Shown: positions 24,646 to 33,856 of the stretch, one piece after another
Position numbering within the stretch: the stretch's first letter is position 1
How the letters are laid out: each line of letters opens with the position of its first letter
IMG/VR virus record: IMGVR_UViG_3300040811_001959
Length of the DNA: 64,000 nt
Reading direction: 5' to 3' (one strand)
DNA from: a virus
Taxonomy: Duplodnaviria > Caudoviricetes
The notes under the pieces: generated by a model
Database searches by the model: none
Told to the model about the DNA's origin: nothing
What the model saw: only the letters and a program-made list of their open reading frames with translations
Translations under genes and position numbers: made by a program

Positions 24646-26285
24646 TTATTTATCTCACCCCATTGTTTAAAAGTGTAACACTTGGTATCTACTGTATGTA
24701 TATAATCTGATCTGTCCTGTGTGCGGATGCGACCTTGACCATATACGATGTCATAATCTCTATATGCTACTGGTCTTTGCACTGTAACGTCTATGTATTC
24801 GCCATAGCCTGTGCCTAGTGTTAAGAATGTTACCCAGCGTCCGTTAGTACCACGGAATGCACGACCGTTAGCTACAATACCTGCAAACTCTACACGGTCA
24901 AGCCACTGCTGTCGTACACCAAGCCCGTCCGGAAATCCCTTGTGCCACCAGCCCGGTTCTGCAGGCACTTTCACCCTGTGTGCTTCACAGTTGTATACCC
25001 AGCGCCTATAACTACCTTGACAGTGCTTTAGACATGCTGCCCAGAACTTGCGTTTGTTATGTGCTTTCTGATATGCCAGTGCCCAGATAAGCCGGCCTAG
25101 GTTAACAGCATGCGCCCTGCACAATCCAAAGCCACTTAGCTCTTGCAGTGCTGTAATAGCTTCTTGCTTGCGTGGATGATCTCCTATCCGTTGCATAAAT
25201 TCAAGTATCCTTGAATCGTTCTTCTTTGCAAACGCACGGCGATACATGTCTGCTTCGTAGTTGTCTACATCTATTATATCACTGATAATCTCAATAGCAT
25301 CATCCTCAAACACTATTGTGTCCTGTACTGCTTCTCTGCTCCAGTCGTGGAACATAGCAGCCTTCTGCCTACCTGATAGTGCTACTGGACGTATCAGTGC
25401 AGTAGCAAACACACAATCCTCCACGCTCTGCGGTTGTAGCGCACGGAATAACCTACGCATCGCAGGAGACTCGCCTTGTGTAACACCCAGCACATCTCCC
25501 CTGCACAACAGTTCACTAGTAGCAGGATCCGTGCGTGGATAGTCTGCAAGTGCTGTATCTGGATCTATTTCTAGCAGTTGCGACAGTCCACGATTAGCTA
25601 GGATATCTACCTTAAGGTGCTCTAGGTCTTCTACTTCATATTTGTCCAGCAGTATTTGATTATCTGCTGATATAAGACTTTTGGGTAGCTGGCGTGTAAA
25701 CATTACTACACCGCCACAGTGCTTGCTTATACAACGCTTCTTGCCCAAGAGCTTGCGTTCTATACGTTTGGCTTCCTTAGGATCCACACCCGCAGATTCA
25801 TACGTAAATCCACGCTTTAAAGCTCCTGTAGCACCCAAACGCTTTGCTGCTTCTCTACGTGCGCTCTTTTCTTTATATGTAACGTAGTTGCTTAAACGTG
25901 CAGTCTTACCAGGCCATTTTTTAAATATCCGCTGCATAACTTCATTCTGCCTGTGATGCTCAAAGTCTATGTCAACATCAGGCAAGTCATCACGCATTGG
26001 ATTCATAAAACGTGCAACTGGTATACGCCACAGTACAGGATCAACATCTGTAATACCAAGTAGGTAACAGATGAGGCTAGAGCCTGCGCTGCCACGTGTC
26101 ATGTGGGTAAGATCGTCTGTGAGATCTATTATATCACATATTTGGAGGAAGTAATCTGTGAAGCGTTGATTGAGGATTAGTTCGAATTCTTCTACTAGCC
26201 TTAGCTTGTATTCTTCGCCTTCGGGTACGGGTCTTTTAAAGCGACCCATGAGCCTTTCTATATTATCTAAATCTGTGTTTGCCAT
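24642..26285 (-). CDS. dnaE: DnaE-like (family C) DNA polymerase lacking the PHP domain
   Basis: RGSAGSSLICYLLGITDVDP, PDVDIDF, KHCGGVV, KVDILANRGL, GVTQGES, FGLCRAHA, C-terminal OB-like fold. Confidence 0.85.
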   Translation of the reverse strand: MANTDLDNIERLMGRFKRPVPEGEEYKLRLVEEFELILNQRFTDYFLQICDIIDLTDDLTHMTRGSAGSSLICYLLGITDVDPVLWRIPVARFMNPMRDDLPDVDIDFEHHRQNEVMQRIFKKWPGKTARLSNYVTYKEKSARREAAKRLGATGALKRGFTYESAGVDPKEAKRIERKLLGKKRCISKHCGGVVMFTRQLPKSLISADNQILLDKYEVEDLEHLKVDILANRGLSQLLEIDPDTALADYPRTDPATSELLCRGDVLGVTQGESPAMRRLFRALQPQSVEDCVFATALIRPVALSGRQKAAMFHDWSREAVQDTIVFEDDAIEIISDIIDVDNYEADMYRRAFAKKNDSRILEFMQRIGDHPRKQEAITALQELSGFGLCRAHAVNLGRLIWALAYQKAHNKRKFWAACLKHCQGSYRRWVYNCEAHRVKVPAEPGWWHKGFPDGLGVRQQWLDRVEFAGIVANGRAFRGTNGRWVTFLTLGTGYGEYIDVTVQRPVAYRDYDIVYGQGRIRTQDRSDYIHTVDTKCYTFKQWGEINK

Positions 26286-26350
26286 TGTGCCTTTCTTTGC
26301 CTCTATGGCAAATATTTACTTCCTAGTAGGTGTAAGGCACAATGATCTGA

Positions 26351-27184
26351 TTAGCCTACAAAGGCTTTCTCTACTACATAATCTCCAGGAGTTCCTGTAT
26401 TACCTTCTGCAAATCTATTTGCGTCAAGTATACGTTTTAAGTCTTCATTAAACTCCATACTACCGCAAAGCATTACACGATCTTGTTGAGGATCCATTTC
26501 TCCTAGTAATACCTTATCATTGATAAGTTCTGTAATACGTTTCTGATATCCAATATACAATTCATCTCTAGTTACAATAGGAAATAAATTTAGATCGTAT
26601 CCTGTTAGGTCTGCCCTATATGCTTTAAGCTCGTCTTGCTCTCTTACACTCCATGCTACATTAACTTCTGCGAAAACATTGAAAATATCCTTCTGTCTTA
26701 CTAAGCTCATAAAAGGTGCAATACCTGTTCCTGTTGCAAGTAACCAAAGCCTGCGACCTGGCTTTAGGTTTTCTAATAACAGGGTGCCTGTTGCCTTAGC
26801 GCCTACTTCAACTGTATCACCAGGCTGAATATTTTTTAGCCTTGAAGTAAGTGCTCCGTCAGGCACCTTGATCGAATAAAATTCTAAATGATTATCTTCA
26901 GGAGAACTGGTAATTGAATACGCTCTGCGTACCTTATCACCAAGCCCGATCATTACAAACTCACCTGCTTTAAATGTGTAGTCTACTGGTTTGTCTGTAA
27001 CAAATCTAAACAGTGTATCAGTATAGTGCTGTACTTCTCTAACCATTACAACATGTTTATCGTTTTTTGGTTTTTCCGCAACTTGTTCTGCTTGCAGTAT
27101 TAATAGTTCTGCTTGCCATTCTGCTTCTGATAAAGCATGCCATCCTCTACAAAAATCTGGACTTCGTCCGCATCCACACGCCAT
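26351..27184 (-). CDS. fpr: ferredoxin-NADP+ reductase with N-terminal CDGSH-like Fe-S motif
   Basis: RAYSITS, LEFYSIKVPDGALTSRL, LLATGTGIAPF, MLCGS, VVEKAF; N-terminal CGCGRSPDFCRGWH. Confidence 0.88.
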   Translation of the reverse strand: MACGCGRSPDFCRGWHALSEAEWQAELLILQAEQVAEKPKNDKHVVMVREVQHYTDTLFRFVTDKPVDYTFKAGEFVMIGLGDKVRRAYSITSSPEDNHLEFYSIKVPDGALTSRLKNIQPGDTVEVGAKATGTLLLENLKPGRRLWLLATGTGIAPFMSLVRQKDIFNVFAEVNVAWSVREQDELKAYRADLTGYDLNLFPIVTRDELYIGYQKRITELINDKVLLGEMDPQQDRVMLCGSMEFNEDLKRILDANRFAEGNTGTPGDYVVEKAFVG

Positions 27185-27193
27185 AGTTCTCCT

Positions 27194-28621
27194 TTAGTCT
27201 GTTTCAGTGTTTAGGTTATTTAAGAATTCTTTAAGTTTAGTACTGTCAGTTTTGGCTTTGATCTTACCTACTGTATCTCCTTCTGCAGGATCCTCTCTCA
27301 CGGTTTCCTGTTGTGTTTGTGCAGTCCTTTTGATCTGGTCAAACACTGTGCTCTTACGTTTGTTAAATTCTTGATAGTCTTCGTCCTCGTTCATATCACG
27401 TATACGCAAATTATCAATATCAAATTCTAGATCTACTTTACTACCAACACCACTCGAGTTACGTGTTTTCATTAGCTGTATTTGATATCTACCACGCTCT
27501 CGCATTGCCCTACTTGTAAAGATACCTATCACATTATCTGCAGTTTGTATCTTACTAAGTCCGCCTGATATGTGTGAATGATCAAACTCTATCTCTTCCA
27601 CGCTTGCTCTATTCAGCTGGCTAGCTGTAACAAACAGTGTGTTAGTTTCCATTGCTAGGTTACGTAGTTCCTCACTTACATATTTGTCCTTAACAAACAA
27701 GTTTTCTGCTGATATACGTTTAGCAATAGGCATCATTAGATCTAAATAATCAACAAGTATCACTTCAATCTTACGTCCTGTCTTAACCTCAAACTCTTTA
27801 ATGTAACTACGTAGATCATTTGCAGTCTTACCACTTGGCATATACTTAACTTGGAAAGCACCGGACTTTTTACCTATCATCTTTACTTTCATTTCTACAT
27901 CGTCTATGCTTTTAAATATCTCTCTGCTGGGTATGTCTGTAACCATACTGTCAAGCCTCATGCTTACAATATTCTCACTAAGCTCAAATGTCAAGTACAG
28001 TACATTAAGTCCTGCCAGCGCCCAATTCACTCCTAGATTAGCTAAGAACAAACTCTTACCAGCACCACTACCTCCTGCGAATATATTAAGCTCTCCCCTG
28101 TTAAATCCACCAAACAGTCGCTTATCTAGCGTAGCCCAGCCTGTGCTAACCTGTCCATTACGACTTTTTATTTCTTCTAATCTTGCACGGGGGTCTCTCC
28201 AATAGTCTGTTCCTAGATCTTTCTGTAATCCTATTTGTACTGCTCTCTTAACTAGATCTTCAACAGGTCCATATTCTCCTTTCTCTAGTAAGTCTGCTGA
28301 TTTGAGGATTGCATCTTCTAGTGCTTTATGTCTACTAAATGTTTCAAACTCCTGCAACAACCAATCATAATGTTGTTCTTGTAGTGTACCTGGATTTTTT
28401 AAATCGCATTTAGCGGCAGCATTAATCATGTCAAACGTAGGCAATGCGTTATGCTCTGCTACATAATCCTTTAGGAATTCTGCAGCAGGTTGCAAACGCC
28501 TATCAAACGTCTTTGGTTCAAATACACCTTGACATCTTACATAACTTTCGGCATCTGTAAGGAACATCTCAAGATATACTTTTTGTATATCATAACCGTA
28601 GTCTACATTTTGTCTTGACAT
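27194..28621 (-). CDS. DnaB/T4 gp41-like replicative helicase
   Basis: GFNRGELNIFAGGSGAGKS, ILVDYLDL, TASQLNR, KTRNS. Confidence 0.92.
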   Translation of the reverse strand: MSRQNVDYGYDIQKVYLEMFLTDAESYVRCQGVFEPKTFDRRLQPAAEFLKDYVAEHNALPTFDMINAAAKCDLKNPGTLQEQHYDWLLQEFETFSRHKALEDAILKSADLLEKGEYGPVEDLVKRAVQIGLQKDLGTDYWRDPRARLEEIKSRNGQVSTGWATLDKRLFGGFNRGELNIFAGGSGAGKSLFLANLGVNWALAGLNVLYLTFELSENIVSMRLDSMVTDIPSREIFKSIDDVEMKVKMIGKKSGAFQVKYMPSGKTANDLRSYIKEFEVKTGRKIEVILVDYLDLMMPIAKRISAENLFVKDKYVSEELRNLAMETNTLFVTASQLNRASVEEIEFDHSHISGGLSKIQTADNVIGIFTSRAMRERGRYQIQLMKTRNSSGVGSKVDLEFDIDNLRIRDMNEDEDYQEFNKRKSTVFDQIKRTAQTQQETVREDPAEGDTVGKIKAKTDSTKLKEFLNNLNTETD

Positions 28622-29020
28622 TTATTTTTTGGTTGGCATTGTAAAAAGTGCATTTACTGCATTTTCAGTTGGCTTACGTGCAAACACACACCATTGTAAT
28701 ACTTCTTCATCTGGATAGTTTTCTGCTACATAATCTTGGAAGCTCTTGCCTGTTGTATACACATCATCTACTACAAGCACAGGATCATTTAAGTTTTGAG
28801 TACTGTACTTATCTAGTGCTTTGCCTAGTGCTACGCCACCTCTGGGTATACCTATAGCGGCTCGCCAGTTACGAGGCTCATACTCTCTAATAATATGTGC
28901 AAGGGCTACCCATTCGTCTGGTGATATAGCATCACATTCGATCTTCCAGGTAAGTGGCAAGCCTGCATGGCTAATAAAATTTATTTTTTGGAATAAGTCT
29001 ATGTTAATGTTTTTATTCAT
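28622..29020 (-). CDS. type I phosphoribosyltransferase (OPRTase-like)
   Basis: GIPRGG and LVVDDVYTTGKS PRPP-binding loop. Confidence 0.85.
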   Translation of the reverse strand: MNKNINIDLFQKINFISHAGLPLTWKIECDAISPDEWVALAHIIREYEPRNWRAAIGIPRGGVALGKALDKYSTQNLNDPVLVVDDVYTTGKSFQDYVAENYPDEEVLQWCVFARKPTENAVNALFTMPTKK

Positions 29021-30540
29021 GAAAATACCTTTACATTGTATAGTTTACTAAATTCTTGTGCATCTGTCAATGTGTTTACTATCGGTTTGCCTTTTATATT
29101 GAGACTAGTGTTTAACAACATAGGACAGCCTGTTAGTTCGTACCATCTTTCCAACAACGCTCTAAAACCTGGGTGATCTTGCTTTGTAACTGTTTGAACT
29201 CTGCTGGTTCCGTCTGCGTGGACAATTGCAGGGTATCTTTCAGGATAGCGACAACGTGCGGTGTACTGCATATAACGTCCGAAGGGCGGCTCAAATAAAC
29301 TGGATGCGTGTTCTGCAAGGACTGCAGGTGCGAAGGGACGGAACTTCTGTCTACGTTTAATGGCATTGACTTTATCTTTAATATCCATACGCTGAGGGTC
29401 AGCAAGAAGGCTGCGAGCGCCAAGGCTACGAGGACCGAACTCGGCTCTTCCTGACGCAACCCCTGCAATACCTGTTTGCATAAGTTCTGTAATGATTTCA
29501 TCTACTGGATATTCTCCTTCTATATCATAACCCAGATACGGTCCAGGCCATTCTATATGTGTGCCTCTATGTGCAAGCACTGCTCCTATGCAACTGCCTG
29601 CATCGCCCGGATTAGGCATTATCCAAATGTTACCTTCACCATTCCAGTGTTCAACTATCTTGCTGTTAGCACTGCAATTCAATGCACAACCACCCATAAA
29701 CACTAGGTTACTGCTAGCATATGTCCTAGCTACAGCCTTACTTATCTTAGTTAATATATGCTCATATGCCCATTGCGTTCCTGCTGCTACGTCATACGCC
29801 CATTGTGTAAATTCTTGTTTATCGTCTAAGATATTAAATGCAATCTTAGTAGGTTCCCACCACATGCATCCCCTATGTAGATTGTGCTTTAGCTGGAAGT
29901 TAGGAAGGCGATTAAAAAAGTTTAAATGGTTAGGAAATTGTTCCCAAAAATCGTTTAATATTGTTTCTCCATACTTACCTGCATCTCCATATGCTGCCAT
30001 ACCCATAAGTATGTATTCTTCCTCATTTGGTTTAAGACCTATGCGCTGTGTCATTGCACTATACCAAATACCTATGCTGTTAGGATAGTTCCATGTCCGT
30101 TTACAGGTTAGTTTATCATACTCACCTTCCCACACACTTAGTGTATTCCATTCTCCTATTGCATCTATGACTAGAATTGTTGCATGATCAAATCCACTAG
30201 TATAATATCCCGCTGCTGTATGTGAACGATGATGACCTACTGTTGATATAGGCGATGTTATACCATATTGTGTCAAATATTTTTTTATGCGATTCTTATT
30301 GAATAAATCTTTTTGTCCTGCATACCATTGTCTTGTAGTTTTTAGAAAAGGTTTTTCATACCAAACAATCCTATCAGGCTGCCCCCATTGTAGTGCATAA
30401 TTAATAATACTAGGATTTAAGTGTGCATCATTTTTTTTATGGCTAAATCTTTCTGCATGACTTGCAAATTTTATTTTGTCGTTGTTATGCACACTAATTG
30501 CAGCGTCATGACTATTAGCACTAATTCCCCATGTAATCAT
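29017..30540 (-). CDS. NodU/CmcH-family carbamoyltransferase
   Basis: HDAA, HHRSH, IDAIGE, EYILMGMAAYG, GRAEFGPRSLGARSLLA, IKRRQKFRPFAP, VHADGTSRVQTV, LLNTSLN. Confidence 0.93.
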   Translation of the reverse strand: MITWGISANSHDAAISVHNNDKIKFASHAERFSHKKNDAHLNPSIINYALQWGQPDRIVWYEKPFLKTTRQWYAGQKDLFNKNRIKKYLTQYGITSPISTVGHHRSHTAAGYYTSGFDHATILVIDAIGEWNTLSVWEGEYDKLTCKRTWNYPNSIGIWYSAMTQRIGLKPNEEEYILMGMAAYGDAGKYGETILNDFWEQFPNHLNFFNRLPNFQLKHNLHRGCMWWEPTKIAFNILDDKQEFTQWAYDVAAGTQWAYEHILTKISKAVARTYASSNLVFMGGCALNCSANSKIVEHWNGEGNIWIMPNPGDAGSCIGAVLAHRGTHIEWPGPYLGYDIEGEYPVDEIITELMQTGIAGVASGRAEFGPRSLGARSLLADPQRMDIKDKVNAIKRRQKFRPFAPAVLAEHASSLFEPPFGRYMQYTARCRYPERYPAIVHADGTSRVQTVTKQDHPGFRALLERWYELTGCPMLLNTSLNIKGKPIVNTLTDAQEFSKLYNVKVFS

Positions 30541-30675
30541 TTAATCATATATAAAAGGATCGTCTTCTCTTAATTTTTTTAATTTTTTCCGGTATTTTAT
30601 TTCATCTTTAATCCAGTAATAAGGATAAGATATCCAATACCAAATAATGCTTAATTTTTCTTTTAACCAAACCAT
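30541..30675 (-). CDS. small protein (not in ORF track)
   Basis: manual translation MVWLKEKLSIIWY...KLREDDPFIYD; fills the primase-carbamoyltransferase gap. Confidence 0.55.
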   Translation of the reverse strand: MVWLKEKLSIIWYWISYPYYWIKDEIKYRKKLKKLREDDPFIYD

Positions 30676-31643
30676 TTTTTTGCCCTTAAATTTATTTTTA
30701 AATTAGATGTTTCTATTGCGGTGATAATACTGTATAAAGTTAACATCCTACCGTATTTATGTACAGCGTCACCTATGTCATTTATATCTTTACTCCACAT
30801 AGGAAAACTTACACTCCAGCCTAGATCTATTGCTTGGTTGATTAATTTTTTTCCAGCAGGATCTCTGTCCGGTATTATAATTTTTTCAGTTTCTAATGAA
30901 TTTAATAATAATGCCTGACCAGTTGATATTTCAGATCCTAAAATACTAGTAGCGCCAATAAGTAGTGCATCAATAGGGCCTTCGCAAACTAGTGTAAGTT
31001 TATAATTTTCTTTTTGCTGGTCTAGCCCAAAAACATATCCAGGCTGTGAATTGGTTATATATTTTGGTTTTTTATTTTGTGTTGTACGTGCTGTATAACC
31101 AACAATTTCATTTTCATAATAAAAAGGAATAATTAATCTATCTCTATATCCTATTTTACTAGACCAATAAAAATTTGTATCATTAAAATCTAATCCTCTA
31201 TTTACAATATATTCTATAATTGGAATTAAATTTTTATCAACACTAATAGAATCGTTAATACAAACAACATTATCTGGTAGTTTTATTTTTTTAAATGCTG
31301 GTACTTTGATATCATGCAGTTTTGATTTTTTATTATCAATTTGTTTTAATAAATCTAAGGCGAGTTGATTAATTGTAGTATCAGGAACGCCAATCCAACT
31401 TAAAAAATTTTTAAATTTTAAAGAAAGATTACGTCCAGCTTGCCAGCTACATTTAAAACCACAATTAAAGCAGTGATAAGTTACACCTTCGTCGCCATTT
31501 ATAATTAAACCGCCGCGACCTCTTGTATCCTGTGCGTGTCCATTATAATGACAACACGGGGCATTAAAACTTATCCAACCACTAGGTGTAATTTTTTTCT
31601 TTGCTGGTATGTGTACAGATACAATATTAGATACAATGCTCAT
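30663..31643 (-). CDS. DNA primase (T4 gp61-like)
   Basis: N-terminal Zn-binding CC...YHCFNC; RLIIPF, VCEGPIDA, PDRDPAG, DIGD TOPRIM motifs. Confidence 0.88.
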   Translation of the reverse strand: MSIVSNIVSVHIPAKKKITPSGWISFNAPCCHYNGHAQDTRGRGGLIINGDEGVTYHCFNCGFKCSWQAGRNLSLKFKNFLSWIGVPDTTINQLALDLLKQIDNKKSKLHDIKVPAFKKIKLPDNVVCINDSISVDKNLIPIIEYIVNRGLDFNDTNFYWSSKIGYRDRLIIPFYYENEIVGYTARTTQNKKPKYITNSQPGYVFGLDQQKENYKLTLVCEGPIDALLIGATSILGSEISTGQALLLNSLETEKIIIPDRDPAGKKLINQAIDLGWSVSFPMWSKDINDIGDAVHKYGRMLTLYSIITAIETSNLKINLRAKKWFG

Positions 31644-31649
31644 ATTTTA

Positions 31650-31678
31650 ATTATAGCAAAGTAACTATCGTTTGTCAA
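31650..31678 (-). promoter_or_regulatory. consensus sigma70 promoter of the primase/helicase operon
   Basis: TTGACA-17-TATAAT with TG extension on the - strand. Confidence 0.75.
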
Positions 31679-31679
31679 G

Positions 31680-32057
31680 TTAATGATTTAGTTTTACACT
31701 ATTAACAGAACCATCAGTCCACGATGTTATTAAACATCTAACCCATACAAAATTACCAGTAAAGTTATACATTTTACTACTGGTTTCATTTACAAGATAT
31801 TCAACATAATTCGATATTGTATTTGTAGTCACATCTGTTATGTTAACTGTAAACCAATCTTCGTCTGCAGGATCGGTAGCTAGTGATGCTTGTATTTCTA
31901 CTTTACCTAAGAATCCTGTGAGCACAACTTGTACGGTATGGAAGCCATCTGCACGACCATAATAACCATCGCCTTTAAATTTTTCACTTGTAATAGTTTG
32001 TTCTGAACTGTCTCCCGGGTGCGTCTGGGTTGCTATAATAGTTTCACTTGTTGCCAT
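31680..32057 (-). CDS. putative virion structural protein
   Basis: beta-rich; GKVEIQASLATDP...FTGNFVWVR resembles the C-terminus of the upstream protein. Confidence 0.55.
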   Translation of the reverse strand: MATSETIIATQTHPGDSSEQTITSEKFKGDGYYGRADGFHTVQVVLTGFLGKVEIQASLATDPADEDWFTVNITDVTTNTISNYVEYLVNETSSKMYNFTGNFVWVRCLITSWTDGSVNSVKLNH

Positions 32058-32065
32058 ACCTATTC

Positions 32066-32830
32066 CTAATTCCTTACTAAAATTTTTGTTACGGTATCAT
32101 TTGGTGATGCAGTTGTCTTAAATCGTAAGTAGTTGTATACGCCTCTAAAATTAAAATAAGCAGGCATTGTTTCTGTACCATCAAATGTTATCGTGTTTAT
32201 CGGTGCCCAACTAGTATCTTCATTAATGTTTACATCAAGTGTAGCTTCTAGTGTTGCATTACCTACATAATTGTTTGTATATATTGCTGCTGTATGTAAA
32301 GCTTCGTTACCGTTGAGAGCAGGTTCTGCTGATATGGCCTCACTAATCCATTCTGTATTGTCTTGTACAAAAGTAGATACAGTGTGCGGTTCTGCTGGTC
32401 CTGGAAATGCATAATCGTCAACAAACAGAGTGGCATTGTTATCAAAATTACTATCTGCGAAGGTTAAATGATTATCACCTTCTAAATCTGTAAGATAGAT
32501 ATTGTAACGTAAGTACTGTCTTTGAATGTTTAATAAATCATTTTCTGTAATGTTAATCTCAAATTTACCTTTAGCTCCATCTTGTACAGTGCCTACTCTT
32601 CTTATAACTTGTCTTTTTGTTTCGTCAAACGCTACAAATGTAGGCATATAATCGGTTATATCCATTGGTTTTTGATCTGCATTAACTATTTTAAATTGTA
32701 TTTTATTGTCAATACCCCGGTAGGCTTTTATCTGTCTACTATACACTGGCATGTACTCCGTGTCAAATCCTGTTTCATTTGTTACAATTATAATTGTATT
32801 TTTTACTAAATATCTTGGTATAAGCTGCAT
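32066..32830 (-). CDS. putative virion structural protein
   Basis: start MQLIPRYL after TAAATA; beta-rich; C-terminal domain similar to the next gene. Confidence 0.55.
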   Translation of the reverse strand: MQLIPRYLVKNTIIIVTNETGFDTEYMPVYSRQIKAYRGIDNKIQFKIVNADQKPMDITDYMPTFVAFDETKRQVIRRVGTVQDGAKGKFEINITENDLLNIQRQYLRYNIYLTDLEGDNHLTFADSNFDNNATLFVDDYAFPGPAEPHTVSTFVQDNTEWISEAISAEPALNGNEALHTAAIYTNNYVGNATLEATLDVNINEDTSWAPINTITFDGTETMPAYFNFRGVYNYLRFKTTASPNDTVTKILVRN

Positions 32831-32861
32831 ATTATATTTATTAGAAAGAATACTATTATTA

Positions 32862-33236
32862 ATGCTACGAAAAGATATAGAAGAAAAGTATCCGTTTATA
32901 AGTTTAATACAATATGGTGGTAAAGAATATGTTGGAATTATAGTAAACCAAGATTCATTTATTACCACTATTTTAGATTATTCTATCTTAAAAAATCTAA
33001 AAGATAAAAAATTTTTTCTACAATTAGGAGAAATGTGGTGGATGGAAAGTAATCGAATGATTCCTATTACAATCTTTTTACGACATGATATAGTTCCATT
33101 AAAATATTGTTTAAAAAATTTGAATACAAAAGATGTTGATATAATTATTGGTCCTACAGTCAATTTAGGAAGTCTTCATTTAAAACGTGTTAAGCGGAAA
33201 AGTATTCAAATGGTAAGGAAACCAAAAAAAAATTAA
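32862..33236 (+). CDS. conserved hypothetical protein
   Basis: start MLRKDIEEKYPF; lone + strand gene; GEMWWMESNRMIPI. Confidence 0.65.
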   Translation: MLRKDIEEKYPFISLIQYGGKEYVGIIVNQDSFITTILDYSILKNLKDKKFFLQLGEMWWMESNRMIPITIFLRHDIVPLKYCLKNLNTKDVDIIIGPTVNLGSLHLKRVKRKSIQMVRKPKKN

Positions 33237-33856
33237 AAATAATTTCCGTAAACTCTATAGTCTTCTTTATATAAATTTTTTATTTTATCCACTTCATCTT
33301 TTCTAATATCAAAAAACTCAACTGCAAAAGAATTTTTGTAAAACACATTAGGAATATTTTCTGTAAGTGAAACATTTTCTACTAATGGAATAAATTTATC
33401 ACCTATATTTTTTGTTAAAATTATTTCAGTATATATAGACGGATCGCTACCATAAGACGTTATTAAAGAACGGGTGTGATTTCTGATGTCACGATAATTT
33501 AGAATAATTGTTTCATACTCGTTGACAAATTGTGTAAACGATTTTACTGTTTGTTTTATATGATCTTTATTCCTTTGTAGGACTCTATCCTTGTATGCAC
33601 TTACAAATCTCTCAACAGGGTCTCTGATTATTGCAACTCTGGTTGTAAAAGAAAAAATTTGGTCTTTTGATAATTTGACAATTTGGCCATTTGCCCAATT
33701 TTTAGTTGGAATTTTTCTAGTATCTTTTCTAAATTTAAAAGATCCTAAAAATGGATAACCTAATATAGTTATTACAGAACTTGATCCACATTTATTAGCA
33801 ACTGTAACCAAAATTTTATTTTTATTATTAAAAGTAACTAGATAAGTATCTTTCAT
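33233..33856 (-). CDS. sulfotransferase family 2 protein
   Basis: KCGSSS (5'-PSB) and RDPVERFVSAY (3'-PB) PAPS-binding motifs. Confidence 0.8.
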   Translation of the reverse strand: MKDTYLVTFNNKNKILVTVANKCGSSSVITILGYPFLGSFKFRKDTRKIPTKNWANGQIVKLSKDQIFSFTTRVAIIRDPVERFVSAYKDRVLQRNKDHIKQTVKSFTQFVNEYETIILNYRDIRNHTRSLITSYGSDPSIYTEIILTKNIGDKFIPLVENVSLTENIPNVFYKNSFAVEFFDIRKDEVDKIKNLYKEDYRVYGNYF

